Made by a program: the position numbers and the translations under genes. The notes under the pieces were generated by a model. It did no database searches and was not told the origin of the DNA. It saw nothing but the letters and a program-made list of their open reading frames with translations. A stretch of 64,000 nucleotides of DNA from Octopus sinensis (lineage: Eukaryota). Numbering within the stretch: position 1 is the stretch's first letter; each line of letters opens with the position of its first letter. The DNA is taken from NCBI RefSeq assembly GCF_006345805.1, contig NC_043002.1, positions 23,746,001 through 23,810,000 on the forward strand. Reading direction: 5' to 3'. Of the stretch, positions 53,865-64,000 are shown piece after piece.

Positions 53865-55505
53865 GACTGTTGTAAATGAATGTCATTCATTTCCAATATT
53901 CTGTGAAAACATGTCTGGCCACTAAGGAAATATTACCTTCTTTGGAAATGAGTGGGGGTTGACAACAGGAAGAGCATCCAGCTGTAGAAAATTTGCTGTG
54001 GACATTCAAGCAAGGATGCTGATGAGTACAAACTGTAGCTTTGAAACAAAACACTGCTAATGTAGCACTAATTTATTCATCAAACTAGCTCCCCAGAATA
54101 CATTATATATAGACATTGGTCTACTGAACTTAATTAAGCCCTAAGTAATTGTGGATATATAAACAGTGTCTCTGTGACTAGTTAAAGAGTACTCAATAAC
54201 CATGTTTGCACCTCCTTAGCCACACATCTATATCTGTAGAATGAATTCCTGCTGCTTTTTGGATGCAAGCACACCTACTTTGAATAACTCTTATATCAGT
54301 GAAAATGAGAGCAGTTTATTTTTATTTTTCCTTGTAGTACGTGAAAGCAAATTTTCAACTGGAAATATTTTATTGTCATAAAACTATAAAAAACTTGAGT
54401 TAAATTTGAAATCTGGATTAACATATGATGGTTTAGTTTGGCAACAAATAGTTTAAAGAAAAGTCCATATAAGTATAATTGCTATAAGGAGAATTTATGG
54501 GTTTGGGACCCTGGTTCTTCATCTGAAAATTATCTGTTGCCCAGGTTAAAACCACAACTAGGTCCTTAAGTGCTTTTAGCAGAGTTCACTAAGTAGTACT
54601 CAAACTTGTCTCTTCAGTTTTCTTCTCTTTCTCCAACAAACTTTGAAAGATTCTTACTCAAATGTCATGATGCTGCTCTTTCTCTTTTGACTAAACCATA
54701 AAAATGTTTATGTCATATATTTTATAGAATGTTTTGAACTGTGTAAAACACCACAGAGTGAAGTTCAACTGCTTCTTCTACAAGTCAGCACAGGAATGCA
54801 TGTGCCTGGTGTACCCTTATCAGACGGGTAGTCATGATGGGTATATTGGGCTTCGTATATTTTACCCCAGTGTCACTTTGATGGCATGCACTGCTCTCTC
54901 ACTCAGTAATAATTATAACAACAACAATAATCTGTTCTACTAGAGGCACAAGGGTCTGAAATTTTAGGGGAGGGGGCTAGTCGATTGCATCGATTCCAGT
55001 GTTCAACTGGTACTTATTTTATCAACCCTAAAAGGATGAAAGGAAAAGTCAATCTTGGCAGTATTTGAACTTAGAACCTAAAGACAGATGAAATGCCACT
55101 AAGCATCATGTCCAGCTTGCTGCCTCAATAGCAATAATAATAATAATGATGATGATAATAATAATAGTAATAATAATAATAATCAGAATAATAATAATAA
55201 ACATAATAATAATAATAACAATAATAATAATAACAATAATAATAATAATAATAAAAAGAAGAAGAAAAATAATGTGTGTGTGTGTCTTTGTGTCTGTGTT
55301 TGTTCCCTCATTACCTTGACAACCAGTGCTGGTGTGTTTACATTCCTGTAACTTAGCACTTCAGCAAAAGAGGACAATATCATTGGTACTAGGTTTAAAA
55401 AACACAAGTCCTGGAGTGGATTAGTTCAACTAAAAGAAAACCTTTCAAGGCAGTGTTCCAGCATGGCTGCAGTCAAATGACTGAAACAAGGAAAAGAATA
55501 AAAGA

Positions 55506-55545
<40 letters not shown>

Positions 55546-55604
55546 GAGGCTAGTATGCACGACAGAGTGTAAGCATCCTGAAAGAAAAGTTGAACATAAG
55601 AAGC

Positions 55605-55860
55605 AACAGATGTGGTGTGCAAGAGACAACTGCATTGGTGTGGTCATGTGATGCATATGGGTGAGGAGAGCTGTGTGAAGAAGTGTCACACTCTAATGGT
55701 GGAGGGAACCTGTGGAAGGGTTAGACTCAGGAAAACATGGGATGAGGTGGTGAAGCATAATTTTCGAATGTTGGGCCTTACTGAGGCAATGACAAGTGAC
55801 TGAGACCTTTGGAGATATGCTGTGCTTGAGAAGACCCATCAAGCCAAGTGAGATTGTAGT
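55605..55860 (+). mobile_element. RTE-clade LINE 3' fragment
   Basis: RQLHWCGHVMHM...VEGTCGRVRLRKTWDEVV matches the RTE C-terminal RLRWxGHV...GRPRKTW pattern. Confidence 0.8.
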
Positions 55861-55908
55861 TATGGCTGATGCCAGTATTGTTTAATTGGCCCTTTAAAAG
55901 CACCACAT

Positions 55909-56781
55909 GTGTTGTGGTCTCAAGAAAAATGGCAAACGGTGCATTTCAGTGATGAATCTAAGTTTATGTTATTTGGCTCAGACGGGAAAAGGTACGTTCG
56001 TAGAAAAGTAGGTGAAAAATTGTTGCCTAAATGCCTTAAGACTAGTGTTAAATTCGGTGGAGGAAGTGTCATGGTTTGGAGGATGATATCTGGAGATGGT
56101 GTGGGCCCTTTGGTGCGATTACATGGAAAGGTAAATGCAGGAGTTTATAAACAACTTGTAAAAGATCATGTCTTGCCTGTGCTGAGAAATTCAACTAAGC
56201 GACCACCCATATTCATGCAGGACAATGCCCCATGTCACAAGGCTAAGGTGGTCATGAACTTCCTCAAGGCTGAAAAGGTTATTGTTATGGATTGGCCTGC
56301 TCAAAGCCCAGATCTCAATCCTATTGAAAATGTGTGGAATATTCTAGGAGAACGTTCGAAAGCCAGAAATCCTAAAACAACTGAGCAATTATGGAATGCC
56401 CTTCAGGAAGAATGGAATAAGATCACCCAACAGGAAATTGAAAATTTAATTTCCTCATGCAGTCGAAGATGTCAGAGTGTGATTGAAGCTAAAGGGCTTC
56501 ACACTAAATATTAAATAATTCCAGTATTCTCTGTCATTTTTGATTATTTTGTTATTTTTTCAACCGTTCTGATCATTTTGGCCGCCATGGGTTTTGCAGT
56601 AAATCACTAAATCATCCATCACTTTTGTATTATCCTCTCAAATTACACCAAAATCTCAGACAATAACAATTAATATGGTATTTATTGTCTGTGAAAATTA
56701 TAGAATATAAAACTACTTTGATAAAAACTTATACTTACTTTTCTAACGAAAACAATGCCGTTCTGAACATTTTGGCCGCAA

Positions 56782-56784
<3 letters not shown>
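55909..56784 (+). mobile_element. 5'-truncated Tc1 transposon with an uninterrupted D,D34E catalytic domain (ORF 55909-56514) and right IR/DR terminus
   Basis: FSDESKF, KFGGGSVMVW, FMQDNAPCH, WPAQSPDLNPIENVW; ends ...caactg|TA; ccgttctga.cattttggccgc repeated at ~56564 and ~56758. Confidence 0.93.
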
Positions 56785-56831
<47 letters not shown>

Positions 56832-56889
56832 CTTCAGTATTTCTCCTTTCTCAATAACTATCAATATGGCTTCTGTAGAGGCATAATAG

Positions 56890-57150
56890 GTAGACTTTTT
56901 CTCCTAAGTCACCCATGAATGGTCTCTCACTCTTTCTAAAACTTTGGTGAAAGTAATGTTATTGCACTTGACATCAGCAAAGCCTTCGATTCTGTCTACC
57001 AGCTACCCACTTACTCTCTCCACCTCTCTCTCATTTCTTTTATAGGAAGCTTCCTGTTAGACTGAAGCATTGACATTCCAGAACTCCCTCCATTCCATTA
57101 CATCTGTTACATACCGGAGCACTATGCTTCCTATAGAGCTTTTCAGCCCT
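56890..57150 (+). pseudogene. Non-LTR reverse transcriptase fragment
   Basis: IALDISKAFD motif at ~56961-56990. Confidence 0.65.
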
Positions 57151-57337
57151 GTTCTGGACTCTGGTCTGTCTCTTCTTACTCTCTCCAATTGGATCCTTAT
57201 TTTTCAGCTTCTCTTTCACACCCCCCCTTATCATTTCCATCCTCACATTAAACTTCAACATAGGTTTCAAGCATGTTTCCTTGTAGGACGACCTTCCCCT
57301 CTCAGGTTTTGTTGGTTTTGAATTGTCATTGATGCTT

Positions 57338-57414
<77 letters not shown>

Positions 57415-57466
57415 GCCGCTGCTGCCGCCGCTGCTTCTGCCCCCACTGCCACCACCACCACCACCA
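57338..57466. repeat. Compound trinucleotide repeat (CTA)n-(CTG)n-(CCG/CTG)n-(CCA)n
   Basis: Direct inspection. Confidence 0.95.
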
Positions 57467-59599
57467 CATTGATTGCCTTTTTCTAGATCAGGGTACTGGC
57501 CCTATGAAAATCCATTTTTACCTCAAGAAAGATGTGGTCCATATTATTTTGGCCTCTATCCTTTGACTTGTCCAGCATAGGAAGCCCTACCAAGTTTGTG
57601 CCCTGCTGGTATAGCTCTCAGTATCATTGAGATACACAAGCCATCACACTGCCTGCAAGAAAGACTGGACCTTGTGGTAGTATTACTTCTATTAATTCAT
57701 TAATACTGTTCCACTCACTAATATTTTTCCTCATGTATATTAATGAATCTCTTGCAGTTACTTCTAGCAACAATGCATTCTGATGCAGGTCATAGAACAC
57801 TTCAGTCCTCCTTAGCATTGTGTATGCAGCTGTTACATACACATAATCTAAACACATCATGCAAGACATACACTGCCTCAATGAAGACAGAAACCTTAAG
57901 AAAACCATTCAGAACGGGAACATACCAACACTGTCTTTTGCAACTATACAAAGACCTGATCACTACACATATCAAGATAAAAATCTTGTATAGCCTTTTC
58001 TCTAATCAAAAACAGTGCACAAGTAAAATCCTCAAAATTACAACAAAGGTTAGGCCTCATTGGCAGATCATAAGACCATAAACTTCACCATACTAATAAG
58101 ACTGATATTAACCATTGATCTAATACTGATTTTTCCTTTACCACAATTATTTCTAATCAAATTTTCTAATGCATGCTATATTAAATAAGTTAATAATGAA
58201 TTAACTATTGTTTTTCATGTGGATAGCACCTTTTTTTCCTCTTTTATTTCTTTATTTGTTTCAGTCATTAGACTGCAACCATGTTGGGATACTGTCTTGA
58301 AGAATGTTAATTGAATGAACTGACTGCAGTATTAATTGTGTTTAAAGCTTGTTATTTATTCTATTGGTCAATTTTGCCAAACTGGTAAGTTACAGGGACG
58401 CAAACACACCAACACTGGTTTTCAAGCAGTGGTAGGGAACACACACTCACATACACACAAACACACACACACACACACAATGAGCTTCTTTCAGGCTGGA
58501 TGGGTTGAGAGGAACTGGCAAGGCCAGGGGCTGTACCAGGTCCCATAATCTGTTTTAGCTTGGTTTCTATAGCTGGATGCTCTTCCAAATGCCAACATTA
58601 GGATTCTTTCAGTTTCCATCTACTGAATCCAACCTGGAACCATGTGGTTAGGATGGGTTTTTTTTTTACAAATAACTTTCAATAAATAAAAAAATATATT
58701 ACTGACTTTGTTTAACTCCAAATGAGAAACAATAGAGCAGGTCTATGATCAAAGGTGCTCTTACCCCCCCCCCCACACACCATTTCGAATATCTATGACA
58801 ACACTGTCCAATGTATCCTTCCTCTAGTATTGTTTTGTGTTGTTGTTTAATCCCAGGTCAGTCCTGACCAAGAAACAAGCCTATTGTCAAAAGTATTCAA
58901 ACTATGACCATTGGCATTCAGAACTACATTTATCAATGTGTCCATCTACTTTTAAGGGAGCAGGGTGTGTGGTTTGGCTGTTATTTCTAACATATTGAGC
59001 AACCATGTAGAGGATGCTGCAGGTTCATGATTTATGTATAGAATCCTGTGGTCACCATTCATCAATTTGTAGAGGGGAGGTGGTTATCCTTTACGATATA
59101 TTCCATAATACACTTCTGTTACTGTTGTTGTTGCTGTTGAGTGAACAGTCTTCGTCCCAGAGCTTGCAAGATGGGAGAAGTCTGAAACGTGGTCCTTTGC
59201 TATTCATAAGACCCGCAGAAGAGAAAGCAGGTCAACCCCCGACACCGAAAGCATCGACGGATGGATGAATGTGCATCCAGGCTCAGTGGTTGTGTAGGAA
59301 GTCAGGGACAAGAAACAGGAAGAAAGAGTGAGAGAAAGTTGGGGTGAATGAGTACAACAGGCCCCTCCTGCTGGAGCCACGTGGAGCTTTAAGTGTTTTC
59401 GCTCAATAAACACACACAACGTCCGGTTTGGGAATCAAAACCACGATCCTCCGACCGCGGGTCCACTGCCATAACCACTGGGCCATTGTGCCTCCACTAC
59501 TACTGTTGCTGTTTAACCTTAGGCTAATCTTGATTGAGTAGAACTGTGATCAAAAACATTCCATCCATACCCATTCTATATTATATTGGTTTGATCTGG

Positions 59600-60115
59600 A
59601 AGAATAAGCTGCAGCACGTTGACTTTACAGGCCCTCTGAGACTGGTGAGATTGATTCCATTAATGTTCCTCTTCAATAGGATGTCATCTGATCACAACAG
59701 GGAAGATATATTCAGAGCTGGGAGAGAATTCCAGAAGGCTGGAAGAGGAAGAACAAAACTTATTGATGATTATGGGATCTGGGAGGCACCACAGTGTGAT
59801 GAGAGAAGGAGAGATATGTGTATCAGAAGAACCTGAGTAAGGATGGTAATGCAATGGTCAGCTTCAATGAGCAAAGGCCATTGTAGTAGTGGTAGAAAAG
59901 GAAGAGAGGAGACAATACATCTGTGAGCCAAAGGTGGTGTTGAAGTATGCTGGTGAGTGTCTTCATGTCAGTCAGGTGGCCTTTTTCTGGAAGTGGTTAA
60001 GGATGTCTGTGTGAGAAACAATAGTACCACTCTGGTGTGAAAAACAGTACTCCATTGTGCGGTTTCCCTAAATTTTAGAAAAGTTTTGGTAATTGTTCTG
60101 AAGAAGGAGGCCAGT
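59600..60115 (-). mobile_element. Decayed non-LTR (CR1/Jockey-like) RT C-terminal and 3' fragment
   Basis: Minus strand reads RTMEYC... and LAHRCIVSSL.LFYHYYNG.CS. Confidence 0.55.
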
Positions 60116-60551
60116 CTCTTCGTATTTATTTGATACAATGACTTCCTTATCTTTGAAACAGTAGAGTGTGACTTGAATGAGATTTAGCTGCTATTTTATT
60201 GTAGGTGAAGCGATCATGTTGAGCAGTGTTTCTCAACATTTTGTCTCATACCCACTTCTCCTTGATTTTCCAAAAACATGTTTGCTTTCCTGTCTATCAA
60301 CAGACAACGTCAGTATATAGCATGCAAACACACACACACACACATGAAGTCATGTGACCTAGTAGTTAGAGAGAGTTGGTTGCACTCATGACCTCTAGCT
60401 GATGGGTTCAATTCCTAGACCAGGTGGTATGTTGCCCTGTTCAGCTAGCCAGTAAGGTGGCATTGTTTGAAGGCTGAAACAATGCAAAAATGCATTGTGA
60501 CCAGCAATGTGTAACAACATCTGATAGTGTGGCCTGGTACATAATCACATG

Positions 60552-60627
<76 letters not shown>

Positions 60628-61318
60628 GAAAAGAGTTTTAATTAAAACTTTATTACCAGATTTATTCACTTAGAACCCATTTCAAAGTAATCCATGCTCA
60701 ACCTAAATATTGCTAAACACCACTGGTGCAGCATGTCCCCAACCTTGAGAAATACTGATGTAGAGATTCATTCATTTGCTTATAACACTCTTTTGTTGTT
60801 GTTGTGACTGTTCTGAGTTTAACTCAGACAGTCAATCATCACCACATTAACTGATATATTCCTTTTTTTCCAAGATGGTAGAGTATGGTTTGAGGGAAAT
60901 TTGGTTGTTGTTTCTAATTGGGACATTGTTTTCGTTGCAGTTTAGACCCTAAAACAACAATAATCAATTACATTGTTACTGTTGTAGTAGGTTAGGCCCC
61001 TGTATTTTTTTTAATGCCTAGACTGGTTTTAGATTCAAGTAGCTTATGTTGATGACTACAGCAGAGGTAAGCAAGGTGAAGCTGGTCAGAGCACAACAGT
61101 TGTTTTTCCAGGGTCTTTATCTCTGGTGACATACATCCCAGTACTTTGGGATAGTGAGACTATTGATTGTTCTGCTGTTTAGGTGCATATTTGTTTCTTT
61201 TTATATTTGGGCTCAATAGAAGAGGTTGTGTTGTAGTAGTGTTCTGGGGGTGTTGCAGATGTGTTTAGGCTGAGTGGGTGAGATGATATTGTTAGGATTG
61301 TGTTTTAGTAACCTTTAA

Positions 61319-61540
61319 CCCTTTAGTGTTCGCATTATTCTGCCAAAATTAATGCTTTTTCATCCACATTGTTTTGAACTAATCATGCAAATTTCTTGTA
61401 ACTATGAGAATTTGATGAGGTAGCTGTTAATTTTTAAAACAATATTGTAGGGTTGGTGTGAGAGACCAGATCTGGCCAGTTTGAACATAAAACAGGCAGA
61501 ATACTTTTGGCTGGATATGGCCGATTTAAATGCTAAAGGG
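61319..61540. mobile_element. piggyBac-type MITE, family B
   Basis: TTAA|CCCTTTAG ... CTAAAGGG|TTAA. Confidence 0.82.
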
Positions 61541-64000
61541 TTAAGCGGTATTGTAGGAGTGTCTTGCTTGAGTGGGATGGATAGTGAGGCTTGAGTGGGA
61601 CAGATAGTGTTGCTTGGGTAGCGCTCTGGGTGTATCTGGACTGAGTGTATAAGACAATGTTGTTAGGGTAGTGTATAATCACGTTCTGGAGCATTACAGT
61701 TGTAACTTGGCATTTGGGGAGATTGAAAATATGGTAAATATTATTTTTGCAAGTCCCAGTAATGATGTGAGTCATTCTGTTGCTGATGGTATTGTTGTTG
61801 GTGATATTTCTTGTTGTTGTTGCTATTTAACTACAAGTAAGCCCTAGTTATACAGATGTATAACCAAAGGTGTTCCAGTCAGAACTATTTCTCAGGTCTA
61901 CATTATCCAATATATTGTTCTTTTCTCAGAGACAGTAGATTGTAATTTTGAAAGAGATTTGGCTGCTATTTCTAGCCAACTGAGCGACCACGTAAAAAGC
62001 AACTTTGTTGCTATTGATGATGGTGTTGTTGCTATTGATGATACTGTTGTTGCTGCTGTGCTTGTCGGTGCTGTCCTTGTGTCATTGTCGTTGTCGTTGT
62101 TGTTGTTGTAGTTGGCAGAGTGTGTCATTGCTGTTGTTCAACAACTGTGCTGCAGTGACGTAACTTATCAAGTGCACCAAAAGGCCACGTGCAGATGCAG
62201 CAGTGGCGGCAGATGATTGTTGTAGTAATATTGGTCAAGTGATACTGCTACTATTGCCATTACTACTACTACTACTACTACTACTACAAATGCTGGTGTT
62301 GGTGGCAATAGATATTAGCAGCAGCAGCAAAAAGAAAAGAAGCTGCAGCAATGCATCACTCACAAGCTTGGTACTGTGGTGTGTGAGTGTGTGTGTGTGT
62401 GAGTGTGCATGTGTGTATGTGTGTGTGAGTGTGTATGTGTGTGTGAGTGTGTGTGTGTGTGTGAGTGTGTGTATTTACACACACACACACATACATATAT
62501 ATATCTATTATATACATATTATTTCTCTATATATGTATATAATAAATATATTTATATAGTACATATATTGTATGTGTGTACACATACACACACGCACATT
62601 GATTGATAGATATATACGTGCACAGACTTGGTTGCATATACAAACCCGAAAAAAATGTACTCAATACATATAAAAGGGTTTATTAATTTTTTGGTAAATG
62701 GAGGCTGAGATTTTCTGTCATTGTTACACAGAATAGTGACAGAGAGAAACCTTGCCTTTAAATAAGTGTTTGTGTGTGTGTATATGTATATATTTATGTA
62801 TGCATGTATGTATATATGTATGTATGTATGTCATCATCAACATCATTCAATGTCTGCTTTCCATGTTGGCATGGGTTGGATTGTTTGATAAGAACTGCCA
62901 AACCAGAGGGCTGCACCGAACTGCATCAATAAATATATCTTGTGGCAAATAGTAAATTGAATAATAAATCTTTCTTAAACTTTCATACAATTCTTTATAA
63001 CTGCTGGATTACAAGTAGATCAGATGTTATAATTAATTTTTCAAGTCTAGCACACTCATTTGACAGTGATTAAATTAGAAATGATGCGTATTTTGTATGT
63101 GATATCTTATAAATAACCTTGTCCATCTAACATATGATGATTTGTAGAGGGAAACATGCCTTATGAAGTCATTATATGTTGTGGATTTGATTTCACTTAT
63201 TAAATAAGTAGAAGTATGTAAGTTGAAGAAAACCACTTCCTTGATTTTTACCTTTTGTTTAAATCTGCAGCAATAAACTGGACTTTATTACAAATGGTTA
63301 ATGGAGAGTAGAGTAATGCTGGCTTAGTGGAACTTTGAACATCAACAATGACATCTTGTGCAAACTCTGCTGGAGGATTTTCAGATTATACCTTGCAAAC
63401 TCTCCAGGATTTTCAGATTATGCCTTATAAATATCTCCCAGAAGTCCTTGGTCTACAGTGCTATCAAGAGTCACTATTAGATCATAACAAGCTGTACAGG
63501 AATGCATTTAAACAATGAGGCATATCTGAAATGTGAGAGGACAGACAAGACTGTCCCACTTGCAATTTTCATATGACCATGGCTTACTTATAGGCATATA
63601 TCAAACATTTGCTGTCATGAAAACTTTTTCTTCACAGTCTTCTACTAGTAAAGAAGGTCAAACATTTTTTTGTGTCTGTAGCTATGATAAAAGCGATGAT
63701 AACCTGGTAGTGAAAGCTGAAAGGTTTGGAGTCAGGTTTTTTTTTTCCTTTTGAACAAAGTCTTCTGGTCTTACACAAAATGAAAGTTGTTATTGTTTAG
63801 CCCCAGGACAGTTTTGTTTCATTCAAATGTATCTAATTGAAACAGTAGAATCTGAGAAAACTAGTGATGTTCTGTTAGTATATAGTCAATATGAACAGGC
63901 TTGCAAAGAGGTGTAAACTATTTTGACATGAGGAAAAGGAGATGTCTAATGTTTCATGCAGGGCCAATAACGGGAGTGTTTTCATATGTCTAGGACTATA

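Noticed and set aside
54400-54700. Minus-strand coding-like stretch
   Set aside because: Multiple stops in the best frame and no recognisable motif.

Overview
AT-rich, repeat-saturated animal DNA with one 100-N gap (4953-5052). The tRNA-derived SINE families, RTE-type tails and dense (TA)n/(CAT)n microsatellites match what I recognise from octopus genomes (inference, not a database result). I cannot support any recognisable cellular protein-coding gene; most ORF-track entries are microsatellite or SINE noise. Supported content: SINEs, decayed mariner/Tc1/DD37D-like transposons, piggyBac-type and Tc1-type MITEs, LINE fragments and an ORF1-only (HAL1-like) retroelement. The standout is a ~7.1-kb, non-coding array of near-identical ~472-bp units (44159-51278). 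Each unit carries a type I hammerhead ribozyme with an elongated helix II and a palindromic helix III. About 3.6 units lie on the minus strand and about 11.5 on the plus strand, inserted in a (TA)n tract, which is a retrozyme / Penelope-pLTR-like architecture. Two sequence-unrelated hammerhead-bearing elements with the same inverted layout occur at 4221-4952 and 15062-15474. Two CpG-retaining motif clusters and some possible minus-strand exons hint at an unannotated transcription unit.
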